Positions 50,105-64,000 of a stretch of DNA of 64,000 bases are shown in pieces. Below the pieces are notes generated by a model, which was given only the letters and a program-made list of their open reading frames with translations, did no database searches and was not told the DNA's origin. Every line of letters begins with the position of its first letter. Positions within the stretch are counted from its first letter, which is position 1. This stretch comes from Moniliella sp. 'wahieum' (Eukaryota), in contig RSEE01000007.1 of assembly GCA_003971905.1 (NCBI GenBank), positions 310,001 to 374,000 of the forward strand. Direction: 5' to 3'. A program made the translations under genes and the position numbers.

Positions 50105-51532
50105 GGTGGGGGTGGGCGGTGGAGGACACGGGACGGCGTTGCGGAGGAGGCGAAGGGGGCGCAGGCCGAGGGCGCCAAGACGGGGCAGGGGTGCCTTATT
50201 AATTGCGCGCCCAGCTCCACGCGGGCGGCTGGACAGCTGGCTGGCGCTGGGCGCTGCGCGGGACCGCCACACTGCGCCCGCGCTCCCGCTGCCCGGCGAG
50301 CGCCCTCCCACGGCGCCAGTCACCCCCGCCCCCCACCAGCGTGCGCTTTCCCCGGCAGAAGGGCAGCCGTGTTGGACTGGACGCAGGCGCATCCGCACGG
50401 GGGCAGCCTCCCATCCGCACCCATGTACCAGCAACCCAGAACCCAACTGCCTCCAGCTTCACGCTTCCAGCTTCACGCTTCCAGCTTCAAGCTTCAAGTC
50501 CCTCTGGGTTTGAAATGAGCTCGATAGGTTTGAGTACTCCGTTCGCCTCGTCGGCATGTCGCGCTTCAAGCATTAAGCACCAGTCCATCCGCTCGGACGC
50601 CCATCTTCAGCCTCGCACATCTCGCATCTTCCCATTTGCACCAATGGTTTGCACCGGATTCGGCGGAAGCGGAATGTTGGTTCGCCGCGCGGAAAATGCC
50701 CTGTGGAGGTATTCCGCTGCTGATTTTTTCACCTCTGCAGCTTTGCACCGATTTTCCGAGCGGGGCGGATGCATATAAATAGTTCCAGCGACAGCCGTTG
50801 GCTTTTCCCCCCCAAGGGGCCGATAGGGGTTGGGCTGCACCTGGTTATTGGTGTTGGCCTGGCCTCGTTTCTGTCTGATTGGGAGGTGTGAACTCAGGTA
50901 GCCGCTCTTCGGAGCGGTGAGCGAACGTGTACACCTTGTTTTACGGCACACCCGGGCGGCGGCCTCCAGATTGATCCCCCCCACCTCGACGTGCGACCCC
51001 GGCGTCATGGTCACGCGATTTGTTGATCGCGGTGTCTGCTGGTCACTGCTTTTTCTCTTCGGAGAGACTGCGGTATCGCGAGCTCCGCTGATCCAGGTCG
51101 TGGGACGTGCGACCGAGGTGGGAGCTTGGGAACCCTCTAATTTCAGAGCAGTTGGGCGATGCGGCTCTGCCGCCGTTGCTTGAAGGCATAACCTAGAGGG
51201 GAACATTGTAACAAATGGATTAATTCCTTCTCACTCTCATCTACTATGCTTGACTCTTTTAGACGACTGGTGCCTTCCTGATGTGCCTCGCTGGGGTCTG
51301 CCAGCTGCACCCGTCGCCGCTGCACGCTGAACCCTTATGTCTACAGGGAGTGGTACGTCGAGCGTAGTTCTGCTATGGACAGCGGCAATGAGACTGTGAG
51401 GGCGAGGGTGGCCAACGCAACGCAAGGGAAGCCTGTATAATTCATTGGGGTAGTGCTGACTTGGCAAGGAGGATAAGGCAGGTTAGCAGAAGGGCAGAGG
51501 AAAGATCTGATGCGGCTTGGCCGAATGGCGCT

Positions 51533-52395
<863 letters not shown>

Positions 52396-53547
52396 GGTGG
52401 GTGGGGAGCGGGCAGCGGGTGTGAGATGGTCTGCTGGTGGTTGGATGCTATCAGCCTCGTCTGACCCCGTCGCCGCGTGGCTGGAACGCAGCAGGCGGGG
52501 GCTGGCTAGGTGCTCCACAAGCTGAGGTAACAACCCTGACATCCACGTGGAAGGGTATAGGATGTGGCATGTCGCCAGTGTAGCCGGCTCAGGTGACCGG
52601 TGACCGGTGACCAGCCGGTGACCATCTAACCTCCTGTGGGGAGCCACGGTGTGTGGCGCAGGTACCAATTACTTCAAATACATCCCTGGAACCAAAGAGA
52701 AATTGCCAGTGCCATCCCGTCGCTGACCTCGCCCGGGAGCAGGCAATTTCTCCAGGGGCACCAACTAGTGTAACATGGTCGGTGCCGGCAGACCACCCGG
52801 AAAGAGATGAATGTGGTCACGACGTAGGAGCAAGAAGCAAGTATGGCTCCAAGCTTAATAGGATTCCAACATACGCAAAACTACCGCTCTGCGCCGCCGG
52901 AGAGGCCACTAACAATAATACTGCCGGTCTCGTGCATGACACAAAACCCAAATATTGGTGGTGGGAATAACGAGAACTGCAAGGTCGCGCTCCAAGAGGC
53001 CATCACAAAATCATATAGAGTTTGAGAAGCGGGTAAACGCCCAGATGAAAGACGATGTCAGCGAGATGAACTCACGAACACCCGTCGTCATGATCATGAA
53101 GGGGAGGCAATACCTGGTATAAAGAACTTGATCATGACAGTCATTCCCTCCCTCCCGCTACCTTCATCATCACGATTTCGTGGTGTGCTCGCAATCCTGG
53201 CAACGGGGGACGATAGGAGTGCCTGGCAGCCGACACATACATCTTGCCTCCTCGCTTGCCCTCTCCTATATTATGGACGCTACCCTAATCGTTCTCACCT
53301 GTCTACTCCGCACGTAGGCAATGCGGAGTCAGATGACATCAAGAAGAAAAGGTCCGTTATGATGTTGATCGCCTTTTTTGGAAATGGGAATGTGAATAGC
53401 ACTTGCGTATGAATCCGAGTAAACTTGCCATCCACCGTCATGGGATGCTGAATGCAGAGTTTCACTACCCGCGTGTCTACCATACGCTGGCAAATGACCC
53501 ATGCTCAGATCCTCGAACAGTGATGCGTAGATATGAACGTGGCAGCG

Positions 53548-55991
53548 TTAAATGTGCATCGGAAGTCCGCACAAGAAGCACGTATCGTTCGAGACCGGGT
53601 TGAGGACGGTACAAGTAGGGCAAGCCACCTCACTGGGTTGGTGGTGGAGGCGCAGATGGTGCTGCTTCGTCCATTTGAATATCATCGTTCCCCTCCACAT
53701 CCACATGGGATCGAGAATGGGGTTCCCATGATGCGTGGCTTTGAGAGTCTTCAAAACCGCCTCGTCGTCACTGTCGCTCACTGCACCAAAGCCACATCCT
53801 CGTTCCCCCCATATAGGAACGCATCGTCCTCTGGCACAGCCCGCGTGCGGGACGAAGACGCGATTGGAGGAGGATGGAACGAGCTGGCTTCATCTTTAAC
53901 TTCAAAGGGCGACGCACGACTACCGGTTGGTAGGTTGGAAGTGGAGGGCGTGGCGATGTGACTCGCTTCAGTGCTAGCAATGATCGCCGCAATTTCCTCT
54001 GGAGTCAGCTCGTCATCATCCACCAATCCGCCGCCGGAAGTGGTAGGGGCATGTTCCCTAGCCAACGTAACCAACGTCTTCCACCCCGGCGTGGCCAAGA
54101 GTTTGTTCAAAGCCGCATGACTGTCGTGCGACACAGCGACCTGAACCATATCAGCGAACTCTTCTCGTGAGAGAAGACCCGTTGAGGGAACAAATGCCAA
54201 CAGATGCCAGTCGCTGAGGAAGGCAACCAGCTTGCGCCGCAGCCCATTGTCCGGTTCGATCGAAGAGGATGCGTCAGGCGATGACGGCTCTAGTTCCGCA
54301 TTTCCGAGCACCTTGTGGATTCGGTTGAAAAGGACCTCGACTGATTGGTCTTCCAGTCCGGGCCGGTTCTCGATAGGGAAATCGGTGCTCTCGAAGAGCG
54401 GGTTAGGGGTAATGGGGAACCCATTGGTAACGTTGACCAATAGGTACTCGACGGGGAAAGTGGGCTTGGCCGACTCTTTGACGTCCAGTCCGTACTTGTT
54501 TTTGTAACGGAAAAAAACTTCGGGGATGTAGGGCTTGACCGGTGCCACCGTCTTCCCCCAGGAGCGTCATCAGGGGGCGCGCACTCTTGGCAGCGCTCTC
54601 ATTGGACGCAATGCGCATCGTGTTAGGCTGTACGGTTGGCTGAACCATATTGGCCCGAGCAATAGCCTCGGCCTGGAGGGATACCTGGTAGGCCTCGACC
54701 CCAATCTCCCCCTGCCTGGCCCGAAATTACGCAGGTGACAAAGCGACTTCCAAAACGTGTGCCCTCAGCAAACTTGGTGTAGTAGTGGAACATGTTTTGC
54801 ATATGAGCTGCAAAGAGAACCTCGTTGCCCGACAGAAAAAAGCTCTTGGCATGCCGCTTCGTTAATACCTTCCCCGTTGGGACCGGGTTAGGGTCTTCCG
54901 ACCCATCCTCCCTCTTCCCTCTCTCGGCAGTTAAATCAGTGTAGATCATACCCACCACTTCCAGGCCACATTCAGCTGCCAATTTCGTCACCTCGTCCTT
55001 CCCGGTCCAAGGCCAGCCAAGCGTAAAGCCATCCAATTCGCCCTCTTGAGGGGGCTCGTGGATGGCCTCGACTTTGGCCTTGATCCCCATGGGAACGACC
55101 GGGTATGGCTCGTATTTGCCCAACAAAAACCCAAATCGCTGCGAGGCAGTAGAGCGCCAGAAGCGAAGCAAGTTCTCAATCAGCGAAGGATGAGAGAATT
55201 CAACGTGATCAACCATGCGAAAAGGCTGACGCTGTAGCGTAATCGCAGAAGGCTGGCACTGGTGCAAATACCTGCCGGCCAATCGGGGTGCTGTCCCGAT
55301 GGACAAGGGACTTTGACCCGGTAATCTTCCTCCTCCAAAGGGGCGATCCAGGAGGAACCTTGCGCCTTGTTGGCCGCCGCATCTTTCTGTTTGAGCAGGG
55401 CGTGGAATGAAATGTGCTTGATGTTGTGTTCTTGTTGGTACTTAGCGTCGTACGGCTCAAGCGGCATGCAATAATCGCACATGCCCTGAGGGCCATGGCG
55501 ACAAAAGTTAGGGTCTCGCTTGCGTACGATCTTTCCATCTTGTGCGTCCCAATACTGATCCACAGGTGCCTCGGCGGGTTGAACTGCGGAAGGCAAAGTT
55601 GCACTAGAGGAAAGAGGGCCGGAGGAAGAGGGAGCGGCAGGAGCAGATTCAGACTGGGGTACCGGTGCACCGGCTTCTTGGTAGCTTGCATAGAGCATAT
55701 GGCCATGGCTGTGCCGAAGACATGTTAACATGTGGGAAGCTAGCAGCAGGGAGAGACGATATGATGTAGAAAAAATTGTACTCACGATAATCCCAGGTCA
55801 GCGATACTGGTTCCGGCCAAATCCTGGAGCTTCATCTCAGGTGCCCCGCGAGGCTGGTTGGAGAGAGTGAGAGTGGCGACGTCAATCTTGGGCAGCTGTT
55901 TGACCAGCTCAGAGCCCAACTTGGACGCGTCGTCGGAAGCATCGACAGTGACGCGAAACTGTCCATCCTTGGAGCGGATTCGGATGATCAT
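53548..55991 (-). CDS. NPL4: Cdc48 cofactor Npl4 (UBX-like N-domain, zf-NPL4, MPN-like, C-terminal NZF)
   Basis: MIIRIRSKDG, CRHGPQGMCDYCMPLEPYD, HPDWPAGIC..CQPSAITLQRQPFRMVDHVEF, QRFGFLLG, VGMIYTDL, PTFPVEYLLVNVTNGFP, FPIENR. Ends in CPTCTVLN..CFLCGLP. Confidence 0.96.
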
Positions 55992-56691
55992 GACGCTCCC
56001 TGGCTGGACCACTGGTAGCGTTTGGCGGTGGAGGTGGCGGTGGTGGTGGCAACGGCGGTGTCCTGCGCCTGTCTTGCTATGCGGGGCCCAGAGCACACCC
56101 GCTGTGCCGCTCGTGCGGCTGGCTTGTCGCCGGACAAGGCGGAATTCCTGCTGAACCCGCGATGCACGTGACTTCCCCTGATTTGGTCTTGCGCAGTACT
56201 AGCATTGGAGTGCTGCTCGTCCCCCGCATGGTTACATGGTTACATGGCTACATGGGTACAACAGCGCATTCTGTCCCCCCCCCCGCCGCCCACATAATAG
56301 ACCAGCGAGAAGGACGTCAGTATTTAAGGCGGTAGAAGTAGAGGGAGGTCATAGGAGAATCAAACGAGTCTTAGCCAGGGACAAGGAGACAGAAGCGGAT
56401 CCGCAAAAGGGATCGGGGAACAGAGTTTAGGATGGGATGTCGGTCACAGTTGCACACGGCTCTGGTTGATGATATTGAATGGCTTAATGAACCAGAATGA
56501 TATAACACGCCTGTGCGGGATTGATGGAGTAGCGATGAAATAACGAGACGAGGTGTTCGTTCCTTGAACCAAAAGAAGAAAGTCCGGGTGCAGGGTGGTG
56601 AAGTAAAGCCACAGCCTTCCGTTCAACAACACCTGGGAATCTTGGAAGATGTGTTCTCCAAGTATAAGGGAGGGAAAGGCCCCGTGGATTC

Positions 56692-57252
<561 letters not shown>

Positions 57253-60088
57253 GGATGTGGGGTGTAGGTGCTCGGAGAGTGGGGTGGATTGCAGGTGGTG
57301 GTGGTGGCGATGAGGCGGGACGGAGGGAGTGGGCGGGGGAAATATTAAATGGACGTGCGTGGACATGGCAGGCTATCTAATCGGGCCCCAGGCGCCACAA
57401 GGCGCCACCGCCTCCTGCTTACGCCAGCAAAGGTGGCTTGCTTGAAATTTCATACCCACAGTGGTGGCACCCCCCAACTCCGCCGTGTGCGGGATAGACC
57501 TCGCGCCGCTCGGCCACAGCGCCGGTGGTTCGGTAGCCCATATAGGCCGTTCCCACTGGTGGCGACGATAGTAACGATAACGATCGCCTCTTTGTCATTC
57601 GCTACGCGGCATCCCATTCCACAGAGGTCTCTTCTCCACTGCTTCCACACCCAAACCTTCTTCTCTTCTTTCATTATTGTTTAGCCCGTCCCCACACCCC
57701 CTTCCCGGTGTCTTCGGATGCGCTCCACATTTGCAGTAGCTGCTCCCGCCACCCGACTTCTGAGAGTGTCCCTGTACCACTTACGGTGGCGTCAGGACGC
57801 TGCGGGGGCCGACTGGTTCGGCTACAAGGAGGGCCACAGCAAACACTGCACACAAGCGCCCGCAAGCGCTCGCAAGCGCTCGCACAGAGGTGGCGGTGTG
57901 ACTGACAGTCTTACCTCCTTAGTTGGGGCGTAGGCATTTGGTATACTTCCGCGCTTTTACCCCCCACACCGCCGCGATGAGGGAGGGCCATGCAATCGTT
58001 CATCACGGAGGAAAAAAAAGTGGCGGAGATGAGGCGGTGGAGCGGCACCGATATGATGACCGTCTGGCGACAAGCCATGGGAACAGGTGCTTGAAGCGAG
58101 GCAAACACGATGCCTGGAGAGTGTGCCAATCGGTAAGGCGTCTCCACGACGACCTAATCCCATGCGTTCCATGCCTCCTGTTGCCAACCATGTCACTCTG
58201 CCATAAATACACCTAGCAAGCTGTAGGGCTTGAATCAGTTGTACAGACCACGTGATCCGTTCCGCTTATCCGCCCCACCCTAACCCTTTTTTTCCTTCCG
58301 CCTCGTGCGCAACCAGCAGCCCACCCGCTCGTCCATCGTCCGCATCACAGGGATATCGATCCCCCGAAGCTCATGAGCTCGCCGGTCGAGCGCTTGGCGG
58401 CGCTGCTTGCGGTCCCGCATGCCGAGGAGACACGCAGCGCATGGACGGAGGGGAAGCTCCCGCATCGGCGGGCGTACCGCAGCTGGCGGTGGCGGTACCG
58501 TTGAGCGTTGTGGCGCGTGGTTTGGACCGCGGCAAGACGACACGCTTGCCGCTCTCGATCGCGGTACGTCGATGACGAGACAGAAGCCGTGGCCCGAGAT
58601 GAGGGTAGGCGTGGCGGACAGGTCTGCCATTTGGGGTTGTCACCACCATCTGACCCACGTTTTGATCCTTTCTTTCCCACATTACTGCTGGCGCACCACC
58701 CATCCCATAGGTCAAGGTGCTGAAAGCGTCTTGGCACGCCGACGGGTCTTGGCCGCTCGTCGCCTGCGACGAGGCTGCGCCTGGGCTCCCTCCTCACCTT
58801 GGCCAGCCTCCGAGCTGCTGCGACCCCCACCCGAGATGACTGGACAAGGCCAAGGGTGCCTTTCAGACGACCCGACCCCGGCCCACCCGCGCGCCCAGAC
58901 CCTGACCCCGAAGACGTTGCTTGCCTCTACGCTCGCCTGGCCCTGCAGCAGCCGAGTCGGCGGCGGAGACCGAGCACGAGCAGGCGAGAGCATGCAGGGC
59001 TCTGAACGCTGAGCCTCAGCTCTAAGGCTCAAAGCTGGGTTGCGCGCACCACGAGGTGACGGTGACGTGGCTGTGTGATCTTGGGACAGGCCCACTCTCG
59101 CCCACCCTGGGATCGCAACAGGGCCGTCCAACCATGAATCCTGAACGTGAACGTGCATGGAACGTTGAACGTGTTGAACGTGGGCCGTTGAACTTATGAA
59201 GCAGCCCGCGGTCCCACCCACTCGGGAGCCTGGGCCGAGCCAACCTAGCGGTTTAGCCAGCTTGAAGCTTGGCGCCTGCCCCGTTGAACGTTGGCATGCA
59301 ATTGACATGCAGTTGCCACTCCAGTTTGACAGGTGGGGGTGGAGGGTTACTACGGTGGCACGAGCCTCGGTACTATCAGGTCATTTGTCGTGTCGATCCA
59401 GCACCTTGGTCACGCTCGTCACGCTCGTCACACTCGTTACACTCGTTACACATCGTCACGCTCGTCACCAGCACTTGCAGGCACTTCCACAAGCCCATGA
59501 GCATGACGTTCATAAACGTTCAAAGCTCGCGCTCGACGCCGAGAGGCGATGCTCCTGCGCACACTCCGCCGCGCAGCCCTCCGACGCCTTCGGCCCAGCA
59601 TGCATGCCTTGCTGCGTATCCAGTGCCTCCGCACCCCTCAGCATCCGGTTGGTGGGCGCCGCGGGCGCTGGGCATGTGAGAGACGAGCGCATCGAGGCGT
59701 TTCTGACAGCTGGCTGGCTGGCCCAAACTGCCGCCCGTTGCCCTTGGTGCGCGGCCGATGTGATGGAGTGGGCTACGTGGTGGGCGTGCCTGTGGGTGCG
59801 CGCACCCACCACACGTGCTGCCTTCGCCGTCACACACGTCCCCGCCTTAGCCACCCGTCTTTTTCCGCTCGCCGCCCAACGCAGACCTCCGCAGCTCCAT
59901 CCCCCGCCCCACCGAGCGTCACCCAGTGTCTTCCCCTTCCGGCCCATCCCGCCGCTTTCAACCAGGCGCTGACACGCCTCCCTCTCCCTCTCCATCTCTT
60001 CGATCCTCATTTTCATCTCCATCTCGTCTCCCTCTCCATCTCTTCGATCTCCATTCTCATCTCCATCTCCATCTCCATCTCCCTACTC

Positions 60089-61141
60089 ATGCCGTCTAAC
60101 AAGCCCAACGCTTTCACTCGTCTCTTTCATGGCGGGCATCGTCGTGCGGCCTCCGTCTCGACGTTGCTGCGGCGCCGTTCCGGCCCAGTGCCCGATCCGG
60201 TCGATGCGAGTGTCCACACGCGCTCCTGCTCCACCTCCGTCTCTGCATCTGCATCTGCCTCTGCCTCTGCATCTCCCTCTACCTCTATTTCTCCTTCGTC
60301 TTCGTTGGCTCCGCCTGCCCCCCCTCCATTTGTCCCCGATGACTCAGGCCTTCACCCGCCGCCATCACAACCATACTGGTTGAGTCTCGATCCATATGCC
60401 ACCTCGACTCCACGAAGACGCTCCCGGCGCCCGGCGCTCCCGCACCCACGCCCGCGCACCGCGGACGCAGGACCGCAGGCGGTATTCATGTTACCTTCCT
60501 CCTCCATCTCTTCCGCCGAGTCCGCATCCACTTCCCCTCCCACCTCGTACTCGGCCTCCACCAGCACCCTGCCTCTCCCCAGCCAGTCAATGGTGCCGTG
60601 GGCGCTGATGCCGGGCGCCACGGCCCCCGGAGGGGTGCTGCCGATGGACTGCACGCCCGTTGGGAAAGCGTGGACATCGGATCCCAGCTACAGCATGTTG
60701 GTGCCTTGTTTCTCTGACCTCCCCCCGCCCGACCCTTCCTCCTGCCCAGCGCCGACGGCTGCGTGCCATGCTTCTTGCACCTCGCTATCTCTCTCCCCCG
60801 AGCCGCTGTCCGTCGCTTCCCCTTTGGAAAGTGAAGCTGGCGCGCACGAACTGGCTGCCCTGCCCGCCCACTCCGACCAAGCCGACCAGCCCGACCAGCC
60901 TGCACAGCCCGACCAACCTGCACAGCCCGACCAACCTGACCAGTTCGAGCCGAAGCAAGCGCCGAGGGAGGAAGAGCCGGTTCCGTCGTGCCAGCCTGTG
61001 CTCGGTTGCAGTGAGTCGGATGCGGACCCACACCCCAGCCCACCACGACACAGTACATTTTCGCTTCATCCCATCTGGGTGCCCTCGATCGATTCCTTAT
61101 CGCCGCTACCGCCGGCGGTCGACGAGTGGGTACCCTACTAA
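60089..61141 (+). CDS. Hypothetical Ser/Pro-rich protein
   Basis: About 350-codon uninterrupted ORF after a pyrimidine-rich (CTCCAT)n leader, with DQPAQP repeats. No domain recognised. Confidence 0.55.
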   Translation: MPSNKPNAFTRLFHGGHRRAASVSTLLRRRSGPVPDPVDASVHTRSCSTSVSASASASASASPSTSISPSSSLAPPAPPPFVPDDSGLHPPPSQPYWLSLDPYATSTPRRRSRRPALPHPRPRTADAGPQAVFMLPSSSISSAESASTSPPTSYSASTSTLPLPSQSMVPWALMPGATAPGGVLPMDCTPVGKAWTSDPSYSMLVPCFSDLPPPDPSSCPAPTAACHASCTSLSLSPEPLSVASPLESEAGAHELAALPAHSDQADQPDQPAQPDQPAQPDQPDQFEPKQAPREEEPVPSCQPVLGCSESDADPHPSPPRHSTFSLHPIWVPSIDSLSPLPPAVDEWVPY

Positions 61142-61412
61142 TTGCATCATTCTCGTTTGCACCGTCGTACCTCTTGCCTTTGGCTAGTAACTTGGGAGGT
61201 GGCAGCAGGGGCGGAGCCAAGGCTGGTGCCTCATCGTCGGTTTCCTACCCTGCCAAATGTTATAGGATGATGAGGGGATTGCGCATCCCGTTCCCGCTCT
61301 GGCGTGTTAACGGTATGCAATGGGACTAGCACTATGGTAATGGTACATTTGTGATCAGCGAGCCATGCACAGACGTATTCGGAGGGAGCCTGCCACCCCC
61401 TCTCTTCCCATT

Positions 61413-64000
61413 TCACAGCTCCACCATCTGCACTGGCTCGTCGTCCGAATCGGCGTCCGAGGCAGGATCCTTGGCTTGGGTTTCGAGCCACGCGGGGGAG
61501 AGGGAGAGGATGGTAGACCGGAGTTCGCGCCGCTTATCGCGCACCTCGTCGGCGTGCCAAAACGGATCCTGTTCATCGCACCGGCGCAGCGCCCGCAGCG
61601 CCCCATTGGGGTCCATGACAAACCGATGGAAAAAATGAATAACATAGATCCCGCAGTCCCACCAGTTGGGTTGCTGCGGGATGATGGCATCCAAGTACTT
61701 GCAGTCCACCGGCAGCGGTGTCACACCGGCCTTGTGTTCCGCTTCGAGCCGAAGCCACGACGATAGGTCCCGATTCACTTTGACGTGCCCGTTGCGGTTG
61801 CGCAGCGAATCAAACGTGATCACCACGGGCAACTCGTCCTGGTCCAACGCATCGTGCGCCTTGCCTTGCCGAATCAACAATGCCTTGCTCGGCCCGTCTT
61901 TGAGTTTTTCTTTCTCCTTCTCCTCTCCACGGGCACGGGCGCGGCACGTTCTTGCCCTGGGCCGCGTCGGCCAGCAGCGCCACAGGCGACACGGACCGGC
62001 GGGGGGACCGGTGCGACGACGGCAGCTCGTCCGTTTCCTGCCGGGCGCGCGACTGCATCGCCTGCCGATGCGCAGCACCAGGTACGATTACCTTGCCTCC
62101 GCCGCTCAGCGCGCGGGGTGTCGATCCGGCTGGATCTTCGTCGTTGTCCTGCGGCGGAGGGACAAATACATCTTTGCCCCCCTCTTCCAGCGTGGTTGCA
62201 CGCGGTGAACAGGACGGAGCTGCCTCGGTAAGCGTGGGCAACGTCTCGGATGTCTGGGCCAGGGGGCTCGCATGCTCCTGGTCCGGGGCACGAGGCGGCG
62301 GGGACGAGGTGCCAACGGGAGGCGTTGGGGTGGGAGGGGTGGTGGATCGGAGCAGGGCTCAGTTGGGTTGGTAGCGTGTTGGGGCAAGGAGGAAGAAGAG
62401 GGAGACTCTCGTGTGGCGGCAACGTGGCGCAGGATGCGTTCGGGATGGAGGATGATGGCGAGGTACCAATGCAGATGTTCGTTGATTGGCACGACAATGT
62501 ACCGTTTTTCAAATGCCAGCGGGCCCTTGGTCCACTTGCGTACCTTTTCGTACCCTTGCAACCTGTCGTTTCTCTTGGCCGAAGTCAGCTGGGAATAGAA
62601 AAAGGGGGACAGGACTAGCAGGTCTTTCGCCTCCGCCCGCTTGGGCAACGGCAAGGACGCCTCGACCTGAGCATGAAGGTACTTGAGCGCAAAGTCAATG
62701 ATGGTATCGTTGAGCCATTCGCCTTCGTCCAACTTCAACAAGTCGGACTTTTTCAGCGTCACACTCCCCCGGCCGCCCTGGGGCGGGAAGCGGAGGATGG
62801 GCACGTCTTGTTCGGGGAAGTGTGCGTGCCTTGCGCACCATCTGGATCGCACGCTCCACCTCATCGTCCGATGAGTCGTCAACCACCGTGCGCATCCCCT
62901 TGGAGGCCCTCGGGGGTTGGACCTTTCTGTAGGAGGAGGAAGCGGCCGAGGCGGGCGACGTGCCATAGAAGGAAGAGGCGGTACTGCCAAGCGTGAGTTG
63001 CGTCTGGGTCGAGCGCGGCTGGCCAAAGGCGGTGATGACCTTGGCACCGCGGGCCATGTCATCCAGCTGGCGGCGCAGCACACTGGAATCTTTGGCCAGC
63101 ATGAATTTGGGCGGGGAGATGGCACGTTGGTCCAGTCATGCAATGTGGCTATGAGCACGTCCCATTCATTGCCGGCGCTGGAGGCAAAGTGGAGCGCAAG
63201 GTCGAGAGAGGGTGTTGCGGCGGGTCTCGGAAGGCGCAGGTCGAGCTTGGGGAGGTAGCGAGGTAAGGCCTGGACACCACTCGCCTTGTTGCCGCCTTGG
63301 TTGGACTGCGAGCTTAAAGTGAATAGCAAAGTACTTCTGACTGTCTGAGAAGCAAAGGGAACAAACGTGGGGTCAGCTGCGACGCGTATATAGCGGAGCA
63401 GGGGGAGCGAGCACGCACGATTTCGATGGCTAGCACGTCCATGGGCGGATGATCCAGCCATCTTCTTTGGCCAGCGAAAGGGGGATGAGGGTGAGGTGAT
63501 GCGGGTGGCAGATCATACGTCCGGTCCTGCGCTTTTGGGCCTTCCAGACCAGGACGCGGGGGATGGTGATGCCAGTGAGAGGCAGAGCGAGCGGGAGGGG
63601 TGTGAGGAGGAGCGGATGGGGGTGCGTGTGGGGGGGGCGAGCGGGTTTCTTGGCGGCGGGCGGCGAGGGTGGGGGGGAGAGGTGATGTTTTGCGGGCGCA
63701 GAGGGAGCCGGACGGCGGCTGGGGCGAGGACCAAGGTGGTCGCGGGGCGATCGTCGTCTTCGTCTTCGCTGGAGGGGAACTTGATTGTCTTTCTGATGAG
63801 CGCGAGCGGCGGTGGGTCCGCACTGGCGTCTGCACTGGCGTCTGCACTGGCATCGGCGAAGGCACCGGTGCTGGTGTCGGCGCTGGTGTCGGCGCGGGCC
63901 GCAGGTGGAGGCTCGTCGTCGGAGAGGGGGATGGGGTGGCGGGAGCGGTAGCGGGGGCGGACGCGGGAGGGGGTGGGGGGCGCGGGCGGGAGGGGAGGGT
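61413..64000 (-). CDS. ULP2: Ulp2/SENP6-like SUMO protease (peptidase C48), 5' end outside the window
   Basis: LDEGEWLNDTIIDFALKYL, FFYSQL, VRKWTK, IVVPINEHLHWYLAII (His), ITFDSL (Asp), QQPNWWDCGIYV (Gln/Cys). The catalytic domain is split by a long insert. Confidence 0.92.

Noticed and set aside
57700..59050. Overlapping short ORFs between ATG8 and the 60089 gene
   Set aside because: No recognisable domain or consistent exon structure, so no gene call can be supported.

Overview
This is a gene-dense, GC-rich fungal window. It is a basidiomycete; the few short introns, several intronless housekeeping genes and short tandem motifs in promoters suggest Ustilaginomycotina, which is an inference. 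Single-base indels break almost every gene, including beta-tubulin, UBC4 and PGM, so frameshifts are treated as consensus errors and most gene boundaries are approximate. Recognisable genes are: an atypical Rho1, an AreA/Gat1 GATA factor, a WW-domain protein, a C2H2 protein, Ima1, a PAS-kinase-like kinase, Ubc4, phosphoglucomutase, a Bni4/Phactr-like PP1 regulator, a YTH protein, Ssn6/Cyc8, Mir1, TFIIS, uS8m, Prp46, beta-tubulin, a divergent Rab11, Npl4, a divergent Atg8 and a Ulp2-like SUMO protease (5' partial). The best candidate for a novel system is a full-length, intron-containing Crypton-F-type gene at about 10.9-15.1 kb (tyrosine recombinase/NDC10_II plus GCR1_C). Its catalytic K, H and Y appear substituted, and it carries an NLS-like/acidic insert and a Pro-rich repeat tail, so it may be a domesticated Ndc10/Gcr1-like DNA-binding protein. 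A second theme is that normally invariant motifs are altered in several core proteins (Rho switch I, Rab11 P-loop, Atg8 C-terminus).
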